Positions 10,110 through 22,300 of a DNA stretch of 38,949 bases are shown one piece after another. Source of the stretch: Hydrurus foetidus (taxonomy: Eukaryota); the NCBI GenBank assembly GCA_900617105.1, contig UYFQ01000366.1, positions 1 to 38,949 of the forward strand, written 5' to 3'. A model generated the notes under the pieces. The model was given only the letters and a program-made list of their open reading frames with translations, made no database searches and was not told the DNA's origin. Position 1 is the first letter of the stretch, and the number at the start of each line of letters is the position of its first letter. A program made the translations under genes and the position numbers.

Positions 10110-11640
10110 GACCTCCTGTTGGGGCACATCTTGAGGGGGTGGAAAGTCTACTGGTGCAGAGGCTGGTGGAGTAGTAGTGTCTTACATCGAAGCAGTTTCG
10201 TGAAGTTGCTGAGTTATGGAACGGAGATCATGGGGCTGAAAGGTATGAAGTAGGTTTAGATGAGCCTTTGCGACATACGCAAGTGCGCATTGCAGATCGT
10301 AGATGGCAGCTAAGAGCAGATCATGTGGGGTAGGAAGAGGCAGTTGCAGTCAATCAAGGAACCAGGCGACGGTATCAGTGACTCGATGTGAATTTGTGGT
10401 AATTGCCCAGATATTATAACAGCGACAATGATGAAGCGCGGGCCCTAAGTAAAATCCAGGAATGCCGTAAAGAGCCCAAGATGCACGAGTGGTGGGTTTG
10501 TCATGGATAAGAACTTTTGAACCTGCTGCGGCAATAGGGTGCGCGTGGAAATCGTGAGGCCTCCATGAAGTCCCGCTTAAGCGAAGACTGCTGGTTTGGG
10601 CTTATACGGATGCAGGTGATTGAGACAAAGTTCAATTAGGGGGAGCAGTTTGTCCCAGAGGGTGAGGGGGAAATCTTTAGCTGTAGTACAGAGTGTCGCA
10701 ATGGCATGATTCTTAAACGTTTGAATGCTGCGTTTTGCTTTGTTGGAACGATGCATCCCAGGTGGACAGTACTGAATGTTGATACCTTGACATTTTCCGA
10801 AGTTGTCAAGGGGGAGGGATGTCTCATTATCCAGACGAAGGAAGAAAGGGGAACGACTGAGGGAGGTGAAAAAGGCAATAGTTTGTGTAAAACTAGCAAT
10901 GTACACAGAGTGGTGGTGTGATGCCATAGCCTCTGCATGGATGTAGCCACCCATTTTAGAAATAAGGACATACTGAGCACTACTGTGGGCCGTTACGGGA
11001 AACTTACCAGTTAGATCAGCACTTAGCGTATGAGGAAATGACAAAATTTTGATATATGTATGATTTGCAGTGATGGAGCTGCCAGACGGGTCTGGAGTAA
11101 TGAGGTCGTCGGGCACGCATTCGTCTACGGTGTTGTTGGTTGAGGTGAGATGGTGAGTTGAATCCAAGCTTTGACGATGTTCGTTGAGATGACCTTTAGC
11201 TGTGGCAACGGTATGAGGTGGATGAGCCGAGACTATTGTGGATGCGAGGCGAGGCCAGGGCGAGAGGTACCCGCGGCGAACTGCGTGAATGAATGTGGAA
11301 TGCACGGGACTGCCAAGAGATGCGTGAACAAACGGAACAAAAGCTGCGTCTGAATGAAGTCGGGCAGTATTGCATTGAGGCAGAGGGTTGAAGACATTGG
11401 GTTAAGGTAACTGCATAGACCAGAGTTTTTCTTCAGATAGCTTAGTCCCTTGCAAAACAGGCAGTGTATTGTAGATAAGGTCGAATAATGTAGCGGTAAA
11501 GGTGGCAATGCAGCTGGCGTTACATAATTCGCTGACGCTGAGAAGCGAATTATGAAGGATATGGTCGGTAAAGATGTAAGCTGAGATGGGTAGGGTAAGA
11601 TTTGGGAAGTACAGATATGGTGATTAAGAGTGGACATATC
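10110..11640 (-). pseudogene. Degenerate CoDi-like Copia: protease C-terminus, pre-integrase region and integrase; 5' truncated
   Basis: SLLSVSELC, HASLGSPVHSTFIHAVRRG, TAKGHLNEHRQ, ADLTGKFP, LRLDNETS, PPGMHRSNKA, TFKNH, LWDKLLP, GFYLGPA; in-frame stops. Continues the 1-1056 fragment across the Gypsy insertion. Confidence 0.85.
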
Positions 11641-12171
11641 TGTCTGTTACATCTATCCGTAGTGACATGAGAGTAATTTGCTGTGAAGAAGCAGTCGGAC
11701 CATCCGATGTTTTATTTAGCAATCCACCACAACTGTATAAATTACACAGAGATTACTTCAGAATGCCATCGGTATCCTACTCATCCCCCATCTCGATTGA
11801 CTCATTCTAACTTTGTCCGAACAAATATACACATCACACAGTAGCATTCATATCTCGCGACAAATTCATCAACGTAAATCAAATTTTGCACAATCATTTT
11901 CATGTCGGCGTTGTCTTTTTACAATCATCAGTAAGTCTCTTTCTACCAGTGAGATCATTTCTCACAATTTCATTTGAGATACATAATTCATCTTTTCGTT
12001 GTACTATGCGTCACTGCCTATTCCTTTAGATCATGTGATGAGTCATGACAGAAAAATCTTGATCAAATTCAATACATTTTTCAATTGCATATATTCATTT
12101 GTTTCTCCTCGAATTAAGAAAACGCGAGTGTCCTACATTCAATTTATGATTACGTAGGAAAGCAATAAATG

Positions 12172-13191
12172 TTAAATTCCTTGATTCGCATATGCTCTCT
12201 CAGCAGCAGTAACAGGTACAAATCAGAGTTGAAACATGTTACAAGACTGATCTGCTGTAGTACATGTACTGAGGCATTCACGAAAGGCTTCGTGGATTTT
12301 GATATTAACTGGTAAAATGCCATTACCGTGCTGACGCTATAATTTCATTTTACCAACATTAAATGCTAACTCTATAGGATTATAGTCAAAAGAATACGGT
12401 GGAAGATAGATAGCGATCACACCTTTGGCATCGCATTCTGCATCAATCATGTATTTCATGTGTACTGCAGCATTGTCCAATACCACAACAGATCTCTTTC
12501 CAGGCCAAGGTTGGCAAATCGGCAGAATGTCACGCTTGAGTATCTCCAGGAACATTTCCCCGTTGACGCAGTCATCACGCGCAATGTCTGTGCGATGCAA
12601 GTTACTATGCCTTCAATAGATATACTGGCGATTATGCTCGCTGACAGTCCCATGTTGGTCGCACGATATGGAATTTTCACCCTCTGCCCTTTAACACAGT
12701 GGACACGAATTCTGTTGCGGTCATCATTTCTCTTACTGGTCTCGTCCACATAGAGGAGATGTTCGGCGCGAATAGGACCTCCAGGATATTTGACCTGCTC
12801 ACGCCAAAATCGTCTGAATTCAGGATCTCTCTCAATAGGCGATTGCTAATTGGCCAATTTATAAACGAACGCGGAACGGGACATAACTTGTCGGATTTGA
12901 CGGGTTGAGTAAGCATGATCTGTTTCCTCAAACAATTTATCAGCGTACTTATCATAATGCCATGTCGGATGATAAGACGTCCTGATCCCTTTGCAGCATC
13001 ACGCCAGGCATCAATTTTCTTGCTCTCAGAGGCTCGACTCTACCCGTCAATCGTTGCTCCTTCCACCACCTGTAACCACATTTTGTGGAGATGCCAGCTT
13101 CGTGACAGGCTACACGAAGTGTATGGCGGACAGAAAGCAACCGCTTGAAAAATACTTTGAGGCAGAATGTCACAGTGGGAAATATGATCAA
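12172..13191 (-). pseudogene. Tc1/IS630-like DD34E transposase, frameshifted
   Basis: N-terminal HTH-like ACHEAGISTKCGYRWW; YVDETS; VVLDNAAVH...YLPPYSFDYNPIE with 34 residues between the second D and the E; split over several frames with stops. Boundaries are approximate. Confidence 0.88.
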
Positions 13192-13317
13192 ATGACATGA
13201 TATGTCTAAGATGCTGTCCAGTAAGCGTGACCCAGGATCGATTTATCATCACTCGATCTGAGATTTTTCCGGAAAAAAAGTGGACATTTTATTGTGCTAC
13301 GGTAATATAAAGAATTA

Positions 13318-14282
13318 CACGCAGGGGTTGCATGATCGTGGGACCATTTTCTCCCAGAAGCAAATTTTTTGATACAGCCAAAATCAGTGGAAATATGTCT
13401 ATTTGATGGGGTCTGTTCAGAGCAGAATCTCACAACAGCGATAGCTCGCGATGTCAGACGAACAATTGATCCTGACTAATTCCACCATGGCAAGTTTAGT
13501 GATCAAATTAGTTTTTATTGAAACTGCTCAAAAAGTAAAAAAATGGGTTTCCGCACAGTGCATGCAAACTTTCATCATCATTTTCAGTCATAACTCTGTA
13601 ACCAGAGCGATTAGGAGTGAATTTAATATAGTTTTTTCACAAGTTTGGTAGTAATAATATTCTATGAAAGTTGGAGCACTTGAATTGCTTTGGTGAGAAA
13701 GCTGATTTTTGACCCTCCAGTACCACGCTCTGGCGCTTCCAGAGGCTCTCTACCAAGTCAGCTTGATTGCTGAAGACTGTCGAATACCTGTTCTAGCTCC
13801 AAAATCCGAGAAGAATAAGTATTCGACAGTCTTCAGCGATCAAGCTGACTTGGTAGAGAGCCTCTGGAAGCGCCAGAGCGTGGTACTGGAGGGTCAAAAA
13901 TCAGCTTTCTCACCAAAGCAATTCAAGTGCTCCATCTTTCATAGAATATTATTACTACCAAACTTGTGAAAAAACTATATTAAAATCACTCCTAATCGCT
14001 CTGATTGCAGAGTTATGACTGAAAATGATGATGAAAGTTTGCATGCACTGTGCGGAAACCCATTTTTTTACTTTTTGAGCAGTTTCAATAAAAACTAATT
14101 TGATCACTAAACTTGCCATGGTGGAATTAGTCAGAATCAATTGTTCGTCTGACATCGCGAGCTATTGCTGTTGTGAGATTCTGCTCTGAACAGACCCCAT
14201 CAAATAGACATATTTCCACTGATTTTGACAGGATAAAAAAACCGGGAAAATGGTCCCACGATCGTGCAACCCCTGCATGGTG
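13318..14282. mobile_element. Foldback / long-TIR non-autonomous element (~965 bp near-perfect inverted repeat)
   Basis: Arms of ~470 bp (13321-13787 versus 13819-14276) around a ~30 bp spacer; ends read TA|CAC...GTG|TA, compatible with a TA target duplication; no credible coding capacity. Confidence 0.8.
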
Positions 14283-14372
14283 TACTTTTAATATCCCCAT
14301 AGGGGTTATTTCGTAAAAATTTCCTAAGTGCCTCGGTTATTGAAGTGTTCAAGATCGGACCAAGGGGTAATA

Positions 14373-14646
14373 AAAGGACCAGGGGGCACTAGCTTTCCAC
14401 CGGCCCACTCAGACGATTCTCACCAACCTCTCACTCAGAGTTGAAATACCATCTCGTCTTGGACATCACCTAATCAGTGGGAAATCTATCAAATCAAACC
14501 ACACTTCGATCAAATTGGCACAGTCAATGTTTCCGAACGACTGTGATCGCTGACCGCCGCGGTATTTGGGTTTTGACAAAATCAGGCGAGAGGTTGGTGA
14601 GAATCGTCTGAGTGGGCCGGTGTGGAGCTAGTGTCCCCTGTCCTTT
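14373..14646. mobile_element. MITE-like element (~275 bp) with ~60 bp terminal inverted repeats
   Basis: AAAGGACCAGGGGGCACTAGC...CACCGGCCCACTCAGACGATTCTCACCAACCTCTC mirrored at about 14588-14646; TSD not clean. Confidence 0.7.
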
Positions 14647-15485
14647 CAATACGGCACCCATCTACATACTAAATCAAATGAAGATATACTTTCAAACTGA
14701 AAAAATACTTCAACGTGTGTAAAAAAACTAAAACGTGTAATTTTCTACTACAAGATTTGTATAGTTAAATATGTGTAACTTCTACTACTTCAATAAAAGT
14801 TGTACTAAAAACAACGAAATGATACTATTTAGATAGACCATTGTCCTAATACCTATGAGTCCGTTGTTGGTCTACCAAATGATAGATATCATCCAATTTT
14901 GTTTCGTGCGCAGCCAATCAAGGCTACGTCAACAAATCGAGGCTTTTCTGACCCTATATCTACCGACAGCTGTAATAATCTAATAATTTCTTAACCCTAA
15001 CCCTGACCGCCCCCCAGCCGTTCTAATCCTAACTGAAACCAGATGAAAAACGATATGACTTCTGCGTGATCACCCGAAGTCCCCATAATGATATTCCAAA
15101 AAAAAAGTAGAAATAAAAGCGCAGCATCATATAATTAGTATTGCGCACCTACTTAAGGGTGTAAAATCCATATTTTAGTACAGCTGTGTTGCGGTAAATT
15201 TTTCAAGATTTTAGTACAGGATCTATGTTATAGTATTTTTTTCCAGATTTTAGTATGCCCATATATTTGTAGATACCAGGCAATCCCGAAACTTTAGGGT
15301 GCGTTCGGCGAAAACGGCTGTCAAAAACTCTGTATTGCTGGATCCAGAATTTGAGGCTCCGTACAGAATATTCAAAAAAACAGTGGATTGAACGATTTTG
15401 TCTGTATCGAACATGATTGTGTTGCATCACAGTACTCTGGACACATCACATACTGGGACATCACAGTAGGGGCATCCGGCGAGCG

Positions 15486-16645
15486 ATGGCAGACGTTGAC
15501 TTTGGATTTGACGTCATTACTCTTGTTGCCACGGTTCTGGCGGCATCTCCTGCTATCAATGGGGGCCCTGTGCCTCGACACGATTCAATTTTGACGGGTC
15601 AGATTTACTATGCTGAACTGCTGGCTACAAGAAATTCTCATCGATTCCACAATGTAGCAAGGATGGATAAAGATACCTTTTTATCTCTCCTAGATCTTCT
15701 GACAACTCACGGCGGTCTCGCAAATTCCATGTTCCTGAGCTCTGGGGAAAATTACTCATGTTTATTCACGTTCTAGTTGGTCAGTCGAATCGTCAAATAT
15801 CAGAGAGGTGGCAGCACAGCGGGTCGACGGTCTCGCTTGCTTTGCATGAGGTCGCTGACAGCATCCTCTCATGCAAGCAGCAATTTTTCCAGGTCCCAAA
15901 AGAGGGTGATCCTGTTCAGGATTACATCGCGAACAATGAGAAATTCAGCCACTACTTTGGGAATTGTATCGGCGCCCTTGATGGCGCTCATGTAGCAGCA
16001 TTGGTACCTCTTGAGGAACATGGAGTCTTTCGAGATCGGAAGAAACTCATAACACAGAATATTTTGGCAGTCGCAAACTTCAATATGACGTTTTCTTACG
16101 CTCTCTGTGGATGGGAAGGATCAGCACATGATAGCCGGGTCCTGGACGATGCAAGGACTAAGGGACAACCGTGCATTCCGGGTAAATTCTATCTTGGAGA
16201 CGCTTGATACACACTATCATCGACAGTGCTGACACCATATAGGGGCATTCGGTACCATCTAAAGGAATGGGCACTAGGAAATCGAAAGCCTCAGAACGCG
16301 AAGGAACTGTTCAACTTGAGGCACTCATCGTTAAGGAATGTTATTGAGAGAATCTTTGGTGTAGTCAAAAGACGTTTCCCTTTAGTTGCAGCAATGAAAG
16401 CTTTTGAATTTACCTTTCAGTGTGACCTCATCGTGTGCGCTTTCATGCTTCACAATTTTATCCGGATGAATCAGCTCTATGAGGATGTCTTCTACGACGA
16501 AGACGTCGATGCAGAACAGCAAGTTGAACAGATCGCCGAGGTGGAAGTCACTGGAAACGCAAGAATTCTAAATCAGTGGCGCAATGGTATTGCGAGAGCG
16601 ATGTGGGATGATTATGTTATCAATAACTTAAACGTAGATCCTTAA
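15486..16645 (+). pseudogene. PIF/Harbinger transposase (HARBI1-like), DD48E; one frameshift near 15750 and one premature stop at 16205
   Basis: RMDKDTF, ERWQHSGSTVS, CIGALDGAHV, GWEGSAHDSRVL, YLGDA*Y, LTPYRG.RYHL, FNLRHSSLRNVIERIFG. Confidence 0.93.
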
Positions 16646-16686
16646 TAAAAACAATAAAAATTTAATCAAGTAACTTCGCGTAAAAT

Positions 16687-17597
16687 TTACGATATGATCT
16701 CTTGAATGTAGGCTTCTTTTTCTTCCTCGTCCAACTGAAGAAACATCTCAGCTGTTGCTGGTTGAGCTGACAAGACTTTCTTGAATTTCAGGCGATCTGT
16801 TACGACGAGATCCGCACTGTACTTTGCACTGAATATCTTGAGGGCTTGGTCCAACTTGCTATCGGACATGCTATGTGCGACGATTTTATCTTGATTCGCC
16901 ACGATTTTGCCAAGTATGTTGGTGAGATCAGATCCTGGTTTAGCGCGTGGAGCACGAATCGGTATTAGCTTCACTCCGTCACTTTTCTTCTCATCATCTC
17001 GAGCGGCCTCACGTTTGAAGAATTTATTTTCTTAGAACTGTCGTCACTTGAATCGCCATCATCATGATCATTCTGCTTCTCTGTTACAAATAGCCACGAC
17101 TCATCCACAGAATTTTCTCGTCCTCTCTTTTTATTTTGAAGCTCAGCTGATGCTGGTGTTGCAGTGGATGACCTTGCATACTTGCCAGTAGCAACTTTTC
17201 CGGTAAAAATACTGTCCAAATCGTCGAAAAGGGTGAATGGCTTGTATCTGAACTGAGCTGCATCGGGTTGTGCTTTGATGTAAGCAGTCCAAACCTCAGA
17301 GGGAGCTGTTGGTGCGAGGCTTGATGGCTCAACCCCAAAGCCACTGTTGTCCTTCAGCGCCTTGTAAATGTGGTATTTTTTCTTCACGACGGCGTAGTGG
17401 CTGTGAAGCTGCTGCTTACCATATCTGCAACCTGATGCGGCATTGAAGTCATTTTGAATGGCCTGCCATGACTGCCTCTTGAATCCATTGTCAACGAAAT
17501 TCCCCTTCGATGCCTCATTCATCATAGCATGAACGAAATGGCGTCTGTTCTCATCAGTCCAGTCCACTCTGGTCGTCTCCTTCGCTATGTCCGCCAT
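16687..17597 (-). CDS. PIF/Harbinger Myb/SANT-like DNA-binding protein (frameshift near 16975)
   Basis: WTDENRRHF...GFKRQSWQAI...QQLHSHY...SGFG...VW.AYIK...FRYKPF...LDSIF Myb-like pattern; inside the TIRs and convergent with the transposase. Confidence 0.88.
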
Positions 17598-18169
17598 GTC
17601 ACGCTTAGCTTAAAATGTTTAGAGATAGCGAACGCATTGACAGATCAACAACTCAGAACTTTCGAAAATACCTTGGAATTTATTTTGAAAAAAGTCAAAT
17701 TTGAAATACTCTGGGTTTGACCCAATGCAGAGTATGGTTTCTGCCTGGCGAACATGAAAAATAAATCGAAATATTCTGCATGCCGAAAATACAGTGGAAT
17801 CGACGAAATGCAGAGTTTTTCGTGTTCACCGAACGCACCCTTAGTTTCGGGATGATGCTATTTCCTTTTTTTTTGGGAGGGAGGTGTGGGGCAGGATTCT
17901 ATACGGTTCTAAAAACGGTTTTAATACCCCCTTGATCGGACCTACTGCATCCTCCAGAGGATTTGTACCGTACTTTTAAAACTTTCGTACCTCCCATGCA
18001 ACCGGTGGTCTCCATAATTTTTGTTTATTTTTGGCGGTGTGCAATCAATCTACAGCTACATCACTTTGAGAGTCCTTGACTTCAATAGTGCGTGACGTCA
18101 ATTAAGCCTGTGTGTCACGATCGACGAACTGGACTTCGACTGCAACCGATCTCGTCTTTCAGCATTCCG

Positions 18170-19039
18170 ATGGCAGCAGCAAGACGGCGGACTCAAGCCA
18201 AGAAGGAGATTGATCTCGATGCCATGGTTGAAACGGGACCAGCGGGTGCATACGAAGCACTGCAGTTATACAGAAGTAAAGCCATCCGTTTCAAATCGAA
18301 GAACGATCTTCAAGGAGCATTGACAGCGACGGCTCTCGGAGCCTCGTGTCTTCTTAAACACGCTTATGTCACGGCTGGCGCTGAGTTAGCAGCTCTGTTG
18401 ATCAGCATGATCGACGAGGAGGGCAAAGATATCAACGAGGCAACCAGAAAGATGATATACGAAGTAGATGAGTCCTTTCCACCCAAATGTCCCCAGCAAA
18501 TCGAATTCTTGAAGGGCTGCGTCAAGTGGACAATGAATTGTGGGACTCGCGAGCTTGGCGATCCTCAACTTCACGTTCGTTTAGCCAACTGTATGTGGGC
18601 TCTTGGTGACAAAAATGCGATCTATCACTACACTGCTGGAGAAGATCCTGAGCAGCTTGCCGCAAAATTAGAAGAGTCGTACGGAGCTCCAGAACAGCAG
18701 GAACCTAGGGATCGTGGATTGACATTAGGCGTACTGCACTTTCTCGCGTTAGAAAATCTACGTGACGCAAACGATCTAATGAACAGTTTCAGAAAGACGC
18801 AAAAGGCCAAGAACGCTGATCCCAAATCAGAACTTCTGACATTTTTGGACTACTTATTACAGACCTGTAGACGCGATGCACAACCGTTATTCAAAACTCT
18901 TGTCAACGCGTACTCGTCGATCTTAGATTTCGATGAAACCGCTCCTGCTTTGCTTATGGGCCCCATCGGCCAAAGGCTATTCGGCATCACTCCTCGTGTA
19001 AATCCCATGATGTCGATGCTGCAGAACATGCTCAACTAA
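18170..19039 (+). CDS. GET4: Golgi-to-ER traffic protein 4 (GET4/TRC35) homologue, intronless
   Basis: YEALQLYRS..RF N-terminal motif, GDPQLH, VLHFLALENLRDA, LLTFLDYLLQTC...LFKTL...Y; 289 aa from the first ATG. Confidence 0.88.
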   Translation: MAAARRRTQAKKEIDLDAMVETGPAGAYEALQLYRSKAIRFKSKNDLQGALTATALGASCLLKHAYVTAGAELAALLISMIDEEGKDINEATRKMIYEVDESFPPKCPQQIEFLKGCVKWTMNCGTRELGDPQLHVRLANCMWALGDKNAIYHYTAGEDPEQLAAKLEESYGAPEQQEPRDRGLTLGVLHFLALENLRDANDLMNSFRKTQKAKNADPKSELLTFLDYLLQTCRRDAQPLFKTLVNAYSSILDFDETAPALLMGPIGQRLFGITPRVNPMMSMLQNMLN

Positions 19040-19321
19040 AACTGCAGTAATTTTTGCCTAAGTGGATTTGAGAAATATTAAGTAAACTAGCGTAGCAAAA
19101 TCTTCATCATTTGTGCCTTTCCGAGAACTGATTGTTGCTACAGTATGCGGATCAGTGCAGATGTGGGACATCACTAGCCTTGAACTACCTCATGGAATTG
19201 CGCGTGAGTTAGAGTTTTCGTAAGCGGAAGATACGGATGCTTTGATTGAGGCCATTTGGGTTACAGCGGCACATAACATATAGAGCGACTAAGAACAGAC
19301 ACAGAAAGGATAAAATATAAT

Positions 19322-22300
19322 TCAAATTATGTAAGGAAGGAGGTCGACGACACAGACCCCAACATTGTCCATGCTACCCCTCACAAACGCCTCCACTGCT
19401 AGAAGCCGTGCCACATCATGCATGGCAGAATCTAGCAGCAAAGAGTGTCCTCTTCCCCTTTTCGCAGACACCTCCCGTCTATTGGATTGGGTGTTGTTTG
19501 TAGAGTTGGAGTCAAATCGGCCTTCTCCCGCTCCCTTTTTCTTGACATCGCCTGGGATGGTCTCTAAGTTAGAGAGGCGAGAGGATATCTGTGTGAGGAG
19601 GAACTCGCAAACCATTTCGGATGCTTCGGCTCCAGTCACGAAGTCCCAGAGACCGTCTGGCGAGAGGAAGTAGAAGAGGATAACGATAACAATCAATTTT
19701 GGTGTGAGGGATGGGATGGAATGTCACAGAAGGGCATAGTTAGCATGGGACAGATCATGGAAATTGAATTAGCTGCGATTTCACCTGATGCTAGGATTAG
19801 GAATAGAGGAAGAAGAGAATTCGATATTCTAATTGCTGTGTCTGCTGGCATGACCTGTCGCCGATAACTACTGCAGAAACTACTGTCTAGTGATATGCTG
19901 TGCTTGTTGTGGGGGGATTCTACTGGAGATGAGGAAGGAGGGAGGGTGGCGTTGGAGTGCTGGAGAGAAGAGGAAGAAGAGAAGGATGATGAGGAGGCGG
20001 AAGACGAAGAGGAGGAAAAGGAGCTAGGGCTGTCTGGACTGAAGAACGTGCCGTCACTGCGGCTATTAGAGGTGGCTGTCATTCTAGAAGAGATGGAAGG
20101 GTGTCGAAGACGGAGCACTGCAATGTCTGGTTCCGATGAAATCACGGATGAGAGGGCGAAGTCTCCCAGGGATCTGCTGACAGCTAGCTTGCCATTCACC
20201 CTGCTGACTTCCCCCGTAGACACGAAGCCGCCTCTACCCTCCACAGCCACACGCTCTTCCGTGTTGTTGGGTGTGTGATCAACCGTCAGCTGCAAGGGCT
20301 TGCTCGATGCGATCCACACATCATCACCATCAGTGCCTGATGATGCAGTTGTAGTCTGACTGCCACAGCAGAGGAGAATACGAGAGTCCCCAACATTAGC
20401 TACTAGCAAGTGGTCTCTGAACAACACCGCCACAGAAGCTGTTGTGCCAGCTGCATCTTGAGTAGTCATCGCGGTGGACAGATCCATATTCGTTTGTAGA
20501 AATGCTTCACGCATGGCACTAATTGCGTGCGTCACTGTGATTCCCGCGATACTTTCATTTACATCAACATCATCAGTTATATCGATATCCAGCAGTGCGC
20601 CAACATAGCACTTGTCAGCTCTATCAGGTGATTCATCTTCGTGCACTACGGCTAACTCATCGCAGGAGGCAATACTGGACACATCTTGAGCGCTAGTGAA
20701 GCCGGTCGACAAGTTGAACATACGAGTCACGGGATCGAGGAAATCGCTGTTAATTCTGCCGAGGCGTTCTGCTTGGTGATGCCAAGAGCAAGGCATGGCA
20801 CTAGGAAGTTGAGATGATTCGTCCTTTTCTAGGTGTAGGTCAAACAAGCCGTGTAGCCTCTTGGAAGCGAACCGAGCAGCTTTGGCTCCGGAGTGTCCGT
20901 CGAAGACCGCGAACAGCTTGTAGGTCTCTTCGAACACGATGCTGTGCATGTCCTCCATGTACTTCCTGCGTCCCTGCAGCTCGCACCATCCAGAGTGCTC
21001 GTCAATGGGAAGCATGGAGTGGTCAGAGAGACAGGAGGGCATGCCGTCATCAATGACGTCACTTCCATCTCCACCTCCATGCAAACAGCGACTGCCATGC
21101 TTTCTCACACTCACATGATGATGACAACCTGCCCAGTCACCAGGAAAATTCCGACCGCATTTTGGACAGACGAAGTTTGTTGTTGTGATGACATCTGCTG
21201 CGAATGAGAGTCTCCCACTCTCATCGACTCCTTCAACTTCCCCCGTGCCTTCGTCATCGACACCATTCCCCTCCACATCATCGATGAGATCAAAATCGAC
21301 ATCAGAGTGCGGAATGGTATCTGGTGCAATCATCTCGAAGTCATCTCCAGTGTGCTGATTTCCATATGTTGATATTCTCACTGCAGGCATGTGACTGTGA
21401 GTGTGACTCGCACCCGTGTTGACTGAGCCACGGAGGTGACTCATCGCTTCCTCTCTCGTGGCGTGCTCGGATCCATCGGCGGGACTTGTGTAGGGACCGG
21501 TGAAATAGGCGTGGTCCATAGCTGTTCAATGAGATGGAGGGCAATGAGACAGAACATGATAGGAGGAGGGAGAGGAGTGAGTAATCGTAGTAATGTTGAC
21601 AAAATGCGATCAAACACACTGTGATAGAACGCACCATCAACCATGCTTATTCTCTCCTCTGGCTCCCATCTCAATAGCCTAGCAATGAGATCTATCGCCC
21701 ATCTATCTTGGATCCCTGTCCCTAGGGGGTCTCTGCGCAATATCGCTTGCCGCAGATCCTCTAAGCCACAACCTCTTGAGTGCGTAACTAAGGGGTGCAA
21801 ATGCTCATGCCAACGGTTAGAGTGTTCTCTATTCTTCTTATTGCCGGATACACGACTGTTCCTATTTTCACTCAGTGACGCGGATGTTCCCATCAATTGA
21901 GCATCTCCGCTGTCGGAGTTAATGTCAGTGTCGCTGTCGTCGAAACTGCATGCTACTGGTGACTTTGTGTCAGTGTTAGCCCCCAGTGATGTCTGAGGGT
22001 ATACTGAATGTGCGGGCAAATTGCTCTGATCTTTTCTGCTATTTCTAAGATCAGAAGATTCTGTGTCGCTGTCTTGGTCTTGTCGCCTATAGATGCAGAA
22101 GTCAGCGAAAGCAGCGAGAAGCATTGCATCACTAATGTTCTTGCTATCTGCTCCACTGCGCTTCATTCTGTGCGCTATCATAGCAGAGGTGCGTTGGTCT
22201 ACTGTGAAGACATCCGATGTTCCTAGGATCATCTCTAAGAATACTACCCCAACACTCCAAGAGTCATAGGAATACGGATTCTGAGAATGAAATGGAATCT

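Larger units (their letters stand above)
15297..17840. mobile_element. PIF/Harbinger DNA transposon, complete (2544 bp)
   Basis: 20 bp TIRs GGGTGCGTTCGG(C/T)GAA(A/C)ACG; TTA TSD at 15294-15296 and 17841-17843; transposase plus Myb-like ORF. Confidence 0.96.

Noticed and set aside
11650..13305. Possible TIRs for the Tc1-like element (CCGTAG near 11658 and CTACGG-TA near 13300)
   Set aside because: Only about 6 bp match; too weak to define ends.
13451..14155. Two near-identical 66 aa ORFs on opposite strands (MSDEQLILTNS...)
   Set aside because: They are a by-product of the inverted repeat arms and show no recognisable domain.
13322..14275. hAT assignment for the foldback element from CAGGGG...CCCCTG ends
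   Set aside because: No 8 bp TSD (ATTACACG versus CATGGTGT), and the symmetry extends further out to TA dinucleotides.
18092..18169. 26 aa N-terminal extension of GET4 in the ORF track
   Set aside because: It starts at GTG; the first ATG at 18170 gives a normal-length protein.
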